Below, piece after piece: positions 8,816-18,387 of a stretch of 64,000 nt of DNA; position 1 is the stretch's first letter; each line of letters starts with the position of its first letter. Source of the stretch: Bacteroidales bacterium (lineage in GTDB: Bacteria; Bacteroidota; Bacteroidia; Bacteroidales; UBA12077). The notes under the pieces were generated by a model. It ran no database searches, had not been told where the DNA came from, and saw only the letters and a program-made list of their open reading frames with translations. The stretch covers positions 23,012-87,011 of the forward strand of contig JANQHE010000056.1 of NCBI GenBank assembly GCA_028282785.1. The letters are read 5' to 3'. Both the position numbers and the translations under genes were made by a program.

Positions 8816-9543
8816 AAACTTATGCATGCATAATTGTAGATGATGAGACTTTAGCTCAGGAATTGGTGGAAACACATTTGGCAAAAATTCCAAACGTGGA
8901 GATTGCTGCTAAATGTCACACTGCAATGGAAGCTATGAGTATTTTGAATGAACAGGAAATTGACATTATGTTTCTGGATATTGAAATGCCTGACCTAACC
9001 GGTTTAGAATTATTAAAATCACTAAATAACCCACCTTATACCATTTTAACAACGGCTTATTCCGAATATGCTTTGGAAAGCTATGAACTAAATGTTGTTG
9101 ATTATCTATTAAAACCTGTTCGTTTTGATCGTTTCTTTAAAGCTATTTCAAAAGTTCTAGATTTATTAAAAACTAAGCAAATGGAACAAAATAAAAATGA
9201 TCAAGATTTAAGAACAAAAGAAGATTACATATTTGTAAAGTCTGACTATAAAGCTGTTAAAATTCGTTTTGATAATATTGTTTATGTTGAAAGTATGCAA
9301 AAGTATGTCAAATTTCATTTAGCTGATAAGACTATCGTTTCATTAATGAGCTTAACATCCTTACTTGAAATTCTGCCATCACATAAATTCTTTAAATGTC
9401 AGAAGTCCTTTATAGTTAATCTTGAAAAGATTGAAGGAATAGAAGGTAATCAGCTAATAATGGCTTCCAAAACAAAAGTTCCGGTAAGTAAAACTTTAAA
9501 GGCAGATCTTATTCAACTGATCGACAAAAATCAACTGCTTTAA
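8812..9543 (+). CDS. LytR/AlgR (LytTR) family response regulator
   Basis: Receiver domain (IIVDDE...FLDIEMPD...K) plus a LytTR DNA-binding C-terminus (IVYVES...KYVKFH). It overlaps the kinase stop by 4 nt. Confidence 0.85.
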   Translation: MKTYACIIVDDETLAQELVETHLAKIPNVEIAAKCHTAMEAMSILNEQEIDIMFLDIEMPDLTGLELLKSLNNPPYTILTTAYSEYALESYELNVVDYLLKPVRFDRFFKAISKVLDLLKTKQMEQNKNDQDLRTKEDYIFVKSDYKAVKIRFDNIVYVESMQKYVKFHLADKTIVSLMSLTSLLEILPSHKFFKCQKSFIVNLEKIEGIEGNQLIMASKTKVPVSKTLKADLIQLIDKNQLL

Positions 9544-9551
9544 CTTATTCT

Positions 9552-10202
9552 TCAACTGTCTTGGATATTCTTTTTCTTGATCTTTAAATTGGCTTTCTTT
9601 TCTTCTTTTTTAAGCAACCTTTCAATATTTTTTTGGTGTGTAAATAGCATCAAAATAGCCATTATTAAAGAAAAGATTACTAATGACGGGGTTGTTTCCT
9701 TAAATACAATTATGATCAGTACAGGAAATGATAAACCGGATACCATAGAACTTACTGATACATATCGGGTTATTATTAAAGTGGTAAAGAAAATTCCTGC
9801 CATTATTAAAGTAGGATAGAGGCTTATGGCACAAATTACACCAAATAAAGTAGCAACACCTTTTCCTCCTTTAAAACCAACATAAACAGGGAATATATGA
9901 CCTAACATAGCAGCTATCCCCAGAAGTAATTGAATATTAATATAATCTCCGCTGTGCGGTATATAATAATTAGTAAAGTGTATTAAATTTACTGCAGCAA
10001 AACCTTTTAAAATATCAACGGCAAAAACCACCAAACCTGCTTTTACACCTAAAACCCTGAAAGTATTGGTTGCTCCTGCATTACCACTTCCATGTTCGCG
10101 GATATCAATATCGAAAAAAGCTCTGCTAATCCATACTGATGTTGGTATTGATCCTAAAAGGTAAGCTACGATTGTAATAATTATATTTACTACAATATGC
10201 AT
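9552..10202 (-). CDS. plsY: Glycerol-3-phosphate acyltransferase PlsY
   Basis: GSIPTS...HGSGNAGATN...FKGGKGVAT motifs; about 215 aa, multi-TM. Confidence 0.9.
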   Translation of the reverse strand: MHIVVNIIITIVAYLLGSIPTSVWISRAFFDIDIREHGSGNAGATNTFRVLGVKAGLVVFAVDILKGFAAVNLIHFTNYYIPHSGDYINIQLLLGIAAMLGHIFPVYVGFKGGKGVATLFGVICAISLYPTLIMAGIFFTTLIITRYVSVSSMVSGLSFPVLIIIVFKETTPSLVIFSLIMAILMLFTHQKNIERLLKKEEKKANLKIKKKNIQDS

Positions 10203-10280
10203 ATATGTACATTTTTAAAGTCAGCCAAAATAACAAATAATTTATAAAGCATCAAAGAAATCAAGGTTTTTACTAGTGTT

Positions 10281-10322
10281 AAAAATGGTTAACCGCCTTT
10301 ATAATTGTATAAAGACGGTTAA
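10281..10322 (-). terminator. Rho-independent terminator after pckA
   Basis: 15-bp stem with one mismatch (10289-10303 / 10308-10322) and a 4-nt loop. The A-run at 10281-10285 gives a T-tract on the minus strand. The element starts about 30 nt after the pckA stop. Confidence 0.55.
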
Positions 10323-10351
10323 TTGACATATCAAATTATTAATTCTTGCGA

Positions 10352-12016
10352 TTATTTTCCCGGGCAAACATTTCTTACTTCTTCATCGATTTTCTTTTCA
10401 CCGTAGGCTTTATCAAATGCATCGCTAAACTTATTAGCCAAACGGGTTGCGGTTAGCATATAGTCTTCTTTTTCGATCCACATGTTTACCGGGTTTAAAA
10501 TTTTATTTGGAATACCGGGGCAGGTTTTTGGAATATCTAAATGGAATAAATCATCGTAGGTATATTCCACATCTTCCAAATCTCCATTTAAGGCAGCATT
10601 TACCATAGCACGAGTTAATTTAAGGTCTATTCGTTTACCTATACCGAATGAACCTCCAAACCAACCTGTATTTACAAGGTATACCTTGGTATTAAATTGT
10701 TTCATTTTTTCTCCCAACATGGTTGAATAAAATTCAGGATTTAACGGCATAAATGGTTGTCCAAAGAATCTTGAGAAAGTAGCCTGTGGTTCGGTAACAC
10801 CGGTTTCTGTCCCAGCTAATTTGCTGGTATAACCCATCAAAAACCATAACTTTGCCTGATTTGGATCTAGTTTCGATATTGGAGGTAATACACCGTAAGC
10901 ATCAGCCGTTAAGAAAAGTATAGTTGTAGGATGTCCCGAAATAGATGATTCTTTTATGTTTTTTAAAAATTTAAGCGGATATGAGGCCCTTGAATTTTCA
11001 GTAAATCGTTTATCGCTAAAATCAAACTCACCGGTTGGGTAAACCATTGCATTTTCAATAATTGCACCATGGTTTAAAGGATCATCCTTATGCATTACTG
11101 CATCATAAATTTCAGGTTCTTTATCAGGATTAATATCCAACATTTTGGCATAACACCCATTTTCGAAATTAGCAATACCATCAGCGCTCCAACCATGCTC
11201 GTCATCACCTAAAAGTGATCTTTCAGGATCTGCAGATAAAGTAGTTTTACCTGTACCTGACAAACCTAAAAGCAAAGCTGTATTACCATCTTTATCTTCG
11301 TTTGCAGAACAGTGCAATGGAAGCACACCACCAAAAGGGAGGTAATAGTTCATTACCGTAAACATTAATTTTTTAACACTTCCTAAATATGATGATCCCA
11401 CTATAACACCCAATCGGCGGTCGAAATCCATAATAACTGCAATATCAGAAGTATCACCATTAGGAAGAATCCTAAGAAGACTCTTATATTTTATGCTGTT
11501 TAATTTATCAAAAGGAACAGTTAATAACTGAAAACCGCGCTTGTAGAAATCACTTTTTTTAATATCCTTTGGAACTTCTCGAAACATATTATCAGTAAAT
11601 AATGCTGTTAGAGCCTGACTGGTAATTGTCCTAACAGGCAATGCATATTTTGAATCTGCACCAATTACTCTATCGGTTATATAGATCTTTTCTTTGTGAA
11701 CCAATAAATCCAGAGCATCAGAAAATACCATATCAAAAACATCTTCTTTGATCGGTATATTGTTTGGTGATGACCAGTCAATATTTTTCGCACTGGTTTC
11801 TCTCTTAACAACGTATGTGTCAAGTGGTCTTCGTCCTGTAGATTCAGGTTCGGTCCAGGTAGCCAATGCTCCGTTTTTAGAAGCCATTGCTTCTCTGTTG
11901 TCCAAAACCTCTTTTATAATTTTCTTACGCTCCAGGTTCACCAATACATTGCTGTGACCTTCCACAATGTCGATAATTGATTGGTTAAAAGATGATTCTA
12001 GTATAGCTGTGTCCAT
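10352..12016 (-). CDS. pckA: Phosphoenolpyruvate carboxykinase (ATP)
   Basis: GLSGTGKTTLS kinase-1a loop, LLGDDEHGW and NTGW motifs; about 550 aa. Confidence 0.95.
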   Translation of the reverse strand: MDTAILESSFNQSIIDIVEGHSNVLVNLERKKIIKEVLDNREAMASKNGALATWTEPESTGRRPLDTYVVKRETSAKNIDWSSPNNIPIKEDVFDMVFSDALDLLVHKEKIYITDRVIGADSKYALPVRTITSQALTALFTDNMFREVPKDIKKSDFYKRGFQLLTVPFDKLNSIKYKSLLRILPNGDTSDIAVIMDFDRRLGVIVGSSYLGSVKKLMFTVMNYYLPFGGVLPLHCSANEDKDGNTALLLGLSGTGKTTLSADPERSLLGDDEHGWSADGIANFENGCYAKMLDINPDKEPEIYDAVMHKDDPLNHGAIIENAMVYPTGEFDFSDKRFTENSRASYPLKFLKNIKESSISGHPTTILFLTADAYGVLPPISKLDPNQAKLWFLMGYTSKLAGTETGVTEPQATFSRFFGQPFMPLNPEFYSTMLGEKMKQFNTKVYLVNTGWFGGSFGIGKRIDLKLTRAMVNAALNGDLEDVEYTYDDLFHLDIPKTCPGIPNKILNPVNMWIEKEDYMLTATRLANKFSDAFDKAYGEKKIDEEVRNVCPGK

Positions 12017-12077
12017 AATTTAAAGTGATGTGTGTAAAATGAACGGCAAATTTAACAAATAATTAATATTTAACCCA

Positions 12078-12095
12078 CATTATTCATGAATAATG
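12078..12095. promoter_or_regulatory. 18-bp perfect palindrome CATTATTCATGAATAATG upstream of pckA (candidate operator)
   Basis: Read directly; self-complementary over all 18 nt; 62-79 nt upstream of the pckA ATG. Confidence 0.35.
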
Positions 12096-12106
12096 CTGCT
12101 GACGTA

Positions 12107-12148
12107 GGAAAAATCAAAGGTTTAACTAAAGTAAATCTTTGATTTTCC
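12107..12148. promoter_or_regulatory. 12-bp stem (one bulged A) GGAAAA(A)TCAAAG / CTTTGATTTTCC, hairpin or operator
   Basis: Arms at 12107-12119 and 12137-12148, with a 17-nt loop. It lies in the pckA upstream region. Confidence 0.3.
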
Positions 12149-12170
12149 ACAGTGAGGGTTAACGTGAACT

Positions 12171-12205
12171 ATTCATAAATATTGGAAAACTTAATATTTA
12201 TGAAT
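12171..12205. promoter_or_regulatory. 13-bp perfect inverted repeat ATTCATAAATATT-N9-AATATTTATGAAT
   Basis: Arms at 12171-12183 and 12193-12205. It shares the TTCAT(R)AAT core with the 18-bp palindrome at 12078. Confidence 0.3.
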
Positions 12206-12341
12206 ATGTCATGTTAAACTATACATGCTATCCAATATTTACCCTTAAATGTTAATATTATACATCCTTTTTTACCCTGGTGCAAAAGGGATCTATATCG
12301 TAAAATGAATTCCTACTTCTGCAAGAATTAGAATAAAGGAT

Positions 12342-12375
12342 AAAAAAACCGTCCTGATAATTATCGTCAGGACGG
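12342..12375 (-). terminator. Rho-independent terminator after ppdK
   Basis: 9-bp GC-rich stem CCGTCCTGA / TCAGGACGG (12349-12357 / 12367-12375). The A7 run at 12342-12348 gives a T7 tract on the minus strand. The stem starts 30 nt after the ppdK stop. Confidence 0.8.
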
Positions 12376-12404
12376 CTTTTGAAATATTTAAGAATAATTA
12401 ATTC

Positions 12405-15122
12405 TTATCTTAAAGCAGCTTGAGCAGCAGCTAATCTAGCAATTGGTACTCTAAACGGAGAACAAGATACATAATCTAATCCGGTTCTATGACAGAATTC
12501 AACTGATGTTGGTTCACCACCATGCTCACCGCAAATACCTAATTTAATATCTGAACGAATTGCTTTACCCTTTTCACATGCCATTTCAACTAATTGTCCA
12601 ACACCTGTTTGGTCAAGAGCCTGGAATGGATCATGTTTAAGAATACCTTTCTCAATGTAGATTGGTAAGAATTTACCTGCGTCATCACGAGAGTATCCAA
12701 ATGTCATTTGAGTTAAATCATTTGTACCGAAAGAGAAGAATTCGGCTACTTCAGCTACTTCATTTGCAGTTAATGCAGCACGTGGAATTTCAATCATAGT
12801 ACCTACCATATAGTCAACTTCCATTCCTTTTTCTTCAAATACTTTAGCCGCAGTCGAACGAATAATTTCTTCCTGCATCTTAAGCTCTTTAACAGTACCA
12901 ATTAATGGAACCATAATTTCCGGTTTTGGGTCTAGTCCTTCCTTCTTAAGGTCACAAGCAGCTTCAATAATAGCACGGGCCTGCATCACGGTAATTTCCG
13001 GATAAGTATTTCCTAAACGGCAACCACGGTGGCCTAACATTGGATTGAACTCGTGTAATGATTCTACTTTTTCAGTAACTACTTTTACATCAACACCTAA
13101 TTTTTCAGCCATCTCTTTTTGAGACTCTAAATCGTTAGGAGTAAACTCATGTAATGGTGGATCAAGTAAACGAATAGTTACTCCAAATCCGTCCATAGCT
13201 TTAAGAATTCCGTAGAAATCTTCACGTTGGATTGGTAATAATTTAGCTAATGCAGCTTCACGCCCTGCTGTATCTTCAGCCAGAATCATTTCACGCATTT
13301 TCCAGATGCGGTCACCTTCGAAGAACATATGCTCCGTACGGCAAAGCCCAATCCCTTTAGCTCCAAATTCACGAGCAGTTTGTGCATCAGCAGGAGTATC
13401 AGCATTTGTACGAACATACATACGAGTATTTCTTTCAGCCATATCCATTACTTTACCAAAGTCACCATGCAATGATGGAGTAATTGTAGCAACTTTACCT
13501 TCGTAAACAGTTCCGGTTGTACCATTTAATGAAATGAAGTCACCTTCTTTATACTCAACTCCATTAATTGTCATAGAATTACCACTTACTATTAAACCGG
13601 CAGCAGAAGATATACAACACTTACCCATACCACGAGCAACTACCGCAGCATGTGAAGTCATACCACCACGTTCGGTTAGAATACCTTCGGCAGCATACAT
13701 ACCTTTTAAATCTTCCGGAGAAGTTTCACGGCGTACTAAGATTACCTTTTTACCGGCAGCAGCCCATTCTTCAGCAGCAGATGCAGAAAATACAACTTGT
13801 CCTGTAGCAGCACCCGGAGAAGCAGGTAATCCTTTAGAAAGCTCTTTAGCAGCAGCCAAAGCATCACCATCAAATACAGGGTGTAATAGCTCATCTAATT
13901 TGTTAGGTTCTTGGCGTAAAATCGCTGTTTTCTCATCAATTAACCCTTCTTCCAACATATCAACTGCCATTTTTACCATGGCAGCACCCGTACGTTTTCC
14001 GTTACGAGTTTGCAACATCCAAAGTTTACCATCTTGTACGGTGAACTCCATGTCTTGCATATCTTTATAATGATCTTCCAGTTTTTGTTGAATTGTATTT
14101 AATTCATTGTAAAGCTCGGGCATAGCTTCTTCCATTGAAAGGAAATTAGCCTTACGTTGTTCTTCTGAAGTACCGTTACGCTCAGCCCAACGTTGTGAAC
14201 CAATTTTTGTAATTTCAAGTGGAGTACGAACACCAGCTACAACGTCTTCACCTTGTGCATTAATCAAATACTCACCATTGAATAAATCTTCACCTGTAGC
14301 AGCATCACGAGAGAAACATACACCGGTTGCAGAGTTTTCACCCATGTTACCATAAACCATTGCCTGAACATTTACAGCAGTTCCCCAATGGTCAGGAATA
14401 TTTTCCATTCTTCTGTAAAGGATTGCTCTTTCAGTATTCCATGAGTCGAATACCGCGCAAACAGAGCCCCAAAGCTGATCCCAAGGGTTTGTTGGGAAAT
14501 CAACACCGGCATGCTTGCGTACAACAGTTTTGTATGATTCTACAAGGTTTTTAAGGTCTTCAACAGTTAATTCCGTATCAACTTTATAACCTTTTTCTTC
14601 TTTTAATTTGTCTAGTTCAACTTCAAATGGATTATGCTCGCCTTCTTCAGCTTCAACACCCATAACAACGTCACCATACATGTGAATAAAACGGCGATAT
14701 GAATCGTAAGCAAATTTTTCATTACCTGATTTTTCAGCAACTATTTTTACTGTATCATCATTCATACCTAGGTTCAATACTGTATTCATCATACCAGGCA
14801 TTGATGCACGAGCACCGGAACGAACCGATACTAATAAAGGAAATGCTTCACCAGTAGAACCAAATTTAGCATTCATAGCTTTTTCTGTTGCTGCAACAGC
14901 TTGCTCTACTTCTTCTTTCATTAATGCGACTACAGCATCTTTACCTTTTTGATTATATTCTGTACATACTTCAGTAGTAATAGTGAATCCTGCAGGAACA
15001 GGAACTCCAATAAGGTTCATCTCGGCAAGGTTAGCACCTTTGCCACCTAATAAATTTTTCATGTCGGCTTTACCTTCTGCTTTTCCATCTCCGAAGGTAT
15101 ACACTCGTTTCACATCTGACAT
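12405..15122 (-). CDS. ppdK: Pyruvate, phosphate dikinase
   Basis: 905 aa; GGMTSHAAVVARGMG phospho-His motif, an ATP-grasp N-terminus and a PEP-utilising C-terminus (GICGEHGGEP). Confidence 0.95.
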   Translation of the reverse strand: MSDVKRVYTFGDGKAEGKADMKNLLGGKGANLAEMNLIGVPVPAGFTITTEVCTEYNQKGKDAVVALMKEEVEQAVAATEKAMNAKFGSTGEAFPLLVSVRSGARASMPGMMNTVLNLGMNDDTVKIVAEKSGNEKFAYDSYRRFIHMYGDVVMGVEAEEGEHNPFEVELDKLKEEKGYKVDTELTVEDLKNLVESYKTVVRKHAGVDFPTNPWDQLWGSVCAVFDSWNTERAILYRRMENIPDHWGTAVNVQAMVYGNMGENSATGVCFSRDAATGEDLFNGEYLINAQGEDVVAGVRTPLEITKIGSQRWAERNGTSEEQRKANFLSMEEAMPELYNELNTIQQKLEDHYKDMQDMEFTVQDGKLWMLQTRNGKRTGAAMVKMAVDMLEEGLIDEKTAILRQEPNKLDELLHPVFDGDALAAAKELSKGLPASPGAATGQVVFSASAAEEWAAAGKKVILVRRETSPEDLKGMYAAEGILTERGGMTSHAAVVARGMGKCCISSAAGLIVSGNSMTINGVEYKEGDFISLNGTTGTVYEGKVATITPSLHGDFGKVMDMAERNTRMYVRTNADTPADAQTAREFGAKGIGLCRTEHMFFEGDRIWKMREMILAEDTAGREAALAKLLPIQREDFYGILKAMDGFGVTIRLLDPPLHEFTPNDLESQKEMAEKLGVDVKVVTEKVESLHEFNPMLGHRGCRLGNTYPEITVMQARAIIEAACDLKKEGLDPKPEIMVPLIGTVKELKMQEEIIRSTAAKVFEEKGMEVDYMVGTMIEIPRAALTANEVAEVAEFFSFGTNDLTQMTFGYSRDDAGKFLPIYIEKGILKHDPFQALDQTGVGQLVEMACEKGKAIRSDIKLGICGEHGGEPTSVEFCHRTGLDYVSCSPFRVPIARLAAAQAALR

Positions 15123-15286
15123 TTTTATATACTTTAAAATTTATAAATAATTGAATATGATTATTTTAACAAAAAATCTTAGCAGTGTACAAATATATTA
15201 TAAAATTACCAAATAGAGCGATTTTAAATGATTATTTTAGGATTAAATCGACTACATTTATGTTTAATTTTCATTTTAATGTTATT

Positions 15287-15300
15287 TGCAAACGTTTGTG
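15287..15300. promoter_or_regulatory. TGCAAACGTTTGTG, LacI/PurR-style palindrome (10-bp perfect core CAAACGTTTG)
   Basis: The core at 15289-15298 is self-complementary. It lies in the divergent ppdK/putP intergenic region. Confidence 0.3.
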
Positions 15301-15438
15301 GAAAATAGGTTTCAGATTACACATTCAAGATTTCAGATTTTGGTTTTTCAAATAGATTATTAATCTCTCAATTTGAAATTTGAAATTCGTTTTTTTTAAT
15401 TTATTTTCAAGACTTCAAATAAATTATTAAATCAAACC

Positions 15439-16908
15439 ATGAGTTCAGCTATATTAATATCGTTTGCTATTTACATTTTGGGAATGTTGGCAATTGGCTT
15501 CTATTTCTATTACCGTACAAAGAATATTTCGGATTATGTGTTGGGAGGAAGAGGATTAAATCCTGTTGTTGCAGCGCTTTCTGCCGGAGCTTCAGATATG
15601 AGCGGATGGCTATTACTTGGATTACCAGGCTTAATGTTTACAACTGGAATAAGTGGTAGTTGGATTGCAATTGGATTAACAATAGGTGCATTTTTAAACT
15701 GGCATTTTATTGCTCGCCCATTAAGAGTGTTTACGGAAAAACTGGATGATTCCATTACGATACCAGGCTTTTTAGCTAACCGGTTTAAAGATGGAAACTT
15801 AAGAATTGTTTCCGCTATTGTTATTTTGGTTTTCTATACATTATATGCCTCTTCAGGGTTGGTTGGTGGTGCGAAATTATTCGAAGCTACTTTCAATTTA
15901 AATTACCAAACCGCTTTAATACTTGGAACAGTTGTAATCGTTGGTTATACTTTTTTAGGAGGTTACAATGCAGTTTCCTGGACTGATTTTTTTCAAGGAA
16001 CTTTGATGATGTTAGCGCTATTAGTAGTGCCAATTGTTGTAATTACTGATATTGGAGGAGTTTCAAATACAATTAGTGCAATCAGGGAGATTAATATGGA
16101 TTATTTAAATATCTGGACGGGAACAAGTATTATAGGAATTTTATCTCTATTAGCATGGGGCTTGGGTTATTTTGGGCAACCGCATATTCTGGTACGTTTC
16201 ATGTCGATTAATAAGCCAGAAAACGTGAAACCTGCAAAATTTGTAGGAATGAGTTGGATGATTATTTCAATTGTTGGTTCATTAATGGTAGGTTTTTTTG
16301 GTATAGCTTATGTTTCAGCTCATAATGTTGATTTGCTTGATGCTGAAAAAATATTTATCAAGCTTTCAGAACTACTTTTAAATCCATGGATTGCCGGTTT
16401 TGTTTTAGCAGCAATTTTGGCAGCTATAATGAGTACCATTGATTCGCAGTTGTTAGTATCATCCGCATGTTTAACGCGTGATATCTACGAAAAAGTAATA
16501 AAGCAAAATGCAAGAGATAAAGAATTGGTATGGATTGGCAGGGCAACCGTAATTGCAATAGCCTTACTTGCTTATTTTATTTCGACAAACCAGGATTCAA
16601 CCGTTTTGTCTTTAGTAGCTTATGCATGGGCAGGTTTTGGAGCCGCATTTGGTCCGTTAATTATCCTTGCTTTATATAATAAAAATATCTCATCAATAGG
16701 AGCAATTGCAGGAATGGTAACTGGAGCAGTAACTGTTTTAATTTGGAAACAACTGGATGGCGGAATATTTGAACTATATGAATTATTACCCGGATTTGTT
16801 TTTGCATTAATTGCAATTCTTTTATTTAGCAGAATATTTCCTGCAAGGAAAGAAATTGTAGATAACTACAACAAAATAAAAGATAAAAGTAAAAAGGTAA
16901 AAGATTAA
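15439..16908 (+). CDS. putP: Sodium:proline symporter (SSS family)
   Basis: 13-TM-type profile with GGRGLNP, SAGASDMSGWLLLGLPG and GQPHILVRFM motifs. Confidence 0.85.
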   Translation: MSSAILISFAIYILGMLAIGFYFYYRTKNISDYVLGGRGLNPVVAALSAGASDMSGWLLLGLPGLMFTTGISGSWIAIGLTIGAFLNWHFIARPLRVFTEKLDDSITIPGFLANRFKDGNLRIVSAIVILVFYTLYASSGLVGGAKLFEATFNLNYQTALILGTVVIVGYTFLGGYNAVSWTDFFQGTLMMLALLVVPIVVITDIGGVSNTISAIREINMDYLNIWTGTSIIGILSLLAWGLGYFGQPHILVRFMSINKPENVKPAKFVGMSWMIISIVGSLMVGFFGIAYVSAHNVDLLDAEKIFIKLSELLLNPWIAGFVLAAILAAIMSTIDSQLLVSSACLTRDIYEKVIKQNARDKELVWIGRATVIAIALLAYFISTNQDSTVLSLVAYAWAGFGAAFGPLIILALYNKNISSIGAIAGMVTGAVTVLIWKQLDGGIFELYELLPGFVFALIAILLFSRIFPARKEIVDNYNKIKDKSKKVKD

Positions 16909-16922
16909 AATTCCTAATTCTC

Positions 16923-17822
16923 TCATGCCCTTGGGTGGAATTGAATTATTGCATCTCTCAGGTATTCACGGTCGAGGTGAGTATAAATTTCTGTAGTAAT
17001 AATCGATTCATGGCCGAGCATTTCCTGAACAGCACGCAGGTCAGCACCGCCATCAATTAAATGCGTTGCAAATGAATGCCGAAAAGTATGAGGGCTGATA
17101 TTCTTTTTTATTTCAGCTTTTTCTGCTAAGCGTTTTATAATGGTAAAAATCATCACCCTGGTTAATTGTTTACCTCGCCGGTTTAGAAATACTATATTTT
17201 CACTAGCTTTGTCAATATTGGATTGCAGGTTTCTATCCTGAAAATAATAACGAATTTCTTTTATAGCTTTCTGTCCGATTGGAACTAAACGCTCTTTATC
17301 ACCTTTTCCAACAATGCGCACAAATCCTTCATCAAAATATAGATTTGAAATTTTTAAATTGATCAATTCAGAAACACGCAAACCGCAACTGTACAATGTT
17401 TCAATAATGGCTTTATTTCTTTGCCCTTCAGGCTGGCTTAAATCTATAGCTGAAATAACTTGGTCAATTTCTTCTATAGAAAGTACTTCCGGTAATTTCC
17501 TTCCTAGTTTGGGAGATTCCAACAAACTACTTGGGTCGCTATCAATGATATCTTCTAATAACAGATATTTGAAGAAAGCTTTTAAACCGGAAATAATTCT
17601 TGCTTGTGAGCGGGCATTTAAACCAAGCTCATTAATCCATTCCAAAAAATCTTTAAGGTTTTGTAAGTCTGTATTTATCGGGCTTACGTTTAATTTCTTT
17701 ATATTTAGAAAAGTAACAAATTTCCGAATATCAGCTTCATAGGCTGTAATGGAATTACCAGATAATGACCGTTCTAATTTTAAGTAGTTTCTAAATTGTA
17801 TGATACTGCTTTTCCAGTTCAT
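16923..17822 (-). CDS. xerD: Tyrosine recombinase XerD
   Basis: SAM-like N-domain, then RVSEL...HTFRHSFATHL...LGHESIITTEIYTH (the R-H-R-Y catalytic set). The ATG at 17822 (299 aa) is preferred over the TTG at 17858. Confidence 0.8.
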   Translation of the reverse strand: MNWKSSIIQFRNYLKLERSLSGNSITAYEADIRKFVTFLNIKKLNVSPINTDLQNLKDFLEWINELGLNARSQARIISGLKAFFKYLLLEDIIDSDPSSLLESPKLGRKLPEVLSIEEIDQVISAIDLSQPEGQRNKAIIETLYSCGLRVSELINLKISNLYFDEGFVRIVGKGDKERLVPIGQKAIKEIRYYFQDRNLQSNIDKASENIVFLNRRGKQLTRVMIFTIIKRLAEKAEIKKNISPHTFRHSFATHLIDGGADLRAVQEMLGHESIITTEIYTHLDREYLRDAIIQFHPRA

Positions 17823-17904
17823 TAATTTTGGATTAATAATTATACCACCATATTTCAAAGTTAATGTTTATGTGTAAATTTGTGAATTCTTTAAATAAAT
17901 AAAT

Positions 17905-18327
17905 ATGAAGATTCAGATTATTAACGGCCCTAACCTAAATTTATTAGGTACTCGTGAGAAAGAAATATATGGAGATGTTCCATTCGAAAAATACTATAAG
18001 TTAATTCAAGAACACTTTAAAGACATTCAACTGGATTATTTTCAGTCAAATGTAGAAGGAGAAATTATTAATAAGTTACACCAGGTTGGTTTTGAATATG
18101 AAGGAATCATTTTAAATGCAGCCGGGTACACACATACGTCTGTTGCCATTGCAGATGCAATTAAAGCAATAAATACTCCGGTTGTTGAAGTGCATATCTC
18201 AAATGTGTATGAACGGGAAGATTTTCGTCATGACTCATTAATAGCTCCAAATTGCATGGGAAGCATCTCAGGATTCGGATTGGATAGCTACAGGCTGGCT
18301 ATTGAAAGTATAAGAGTATTGAAATAG
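17905..18327 (+). CDS. aroQ: Type II 3-dehydroquinate dehydratase
   Basis: INGPNLNLLGTREKEIYG, YFQSNVEGEII and HISNVYERE motifs; 140 aa. Confidence 0.95.
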   Translation: MKIQIINGPNLNLLGTREKEIYGDVPFEKYYKLIQEHFKDIQLDYFQSNVEGEIINKLHQVGFEYEGIILNAAGYTHTSVAIADAIKAINTPVVEVHISNVYEREDFRHDSLIAPNCMGSISGFGLDSYRLAIESIRVLK

Positions 18328-18387
18328 AATTCAGAATTCATAAGAACCAAAACCTTCAACTTTGAACTTTTAACATTAAACTAAATC

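Noticed and set aside
12123-12135. 13-mer GTTTAACTAAAGT shared by the pckA (12123) and hsp20 (51188) upstream regions; likewise GGAAAAATCAAAG at 12107 and, on the opposite strand, near 4420
   Set aside because: A rough estimate with this AT-rich composition predicts many chance 13-mer coincidences across 64 kb on both strands. I count only the local inverted repeats as signal.
13534-14070. 178-aa plus-strand ORF, with neighbours at 13306-13506 and 14327-14554
   Set aside because: It lies entirely antisense within ppdK, which has unambiguous full-length homology motifs. The Ala/Ser/Pro-rich composition is typical of the reverse frame of a comparatively GC-richer, highly expressed gene.
17314-17742. 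142-aa plus-strand ORF
   Set aside because: It is antisense within xerD and has no recognisable motifs.
16923-17822. Tyrosine recombinase as a possible integrase marking a mobile element
   Set aside because: It is of XerD length and has XerD motifs. It sits among housekeeping genes (putP, aroQ, pyk). There is no flanking tRNA, direct repeats, excisionase or cargo genes, and no visible compositional shift.
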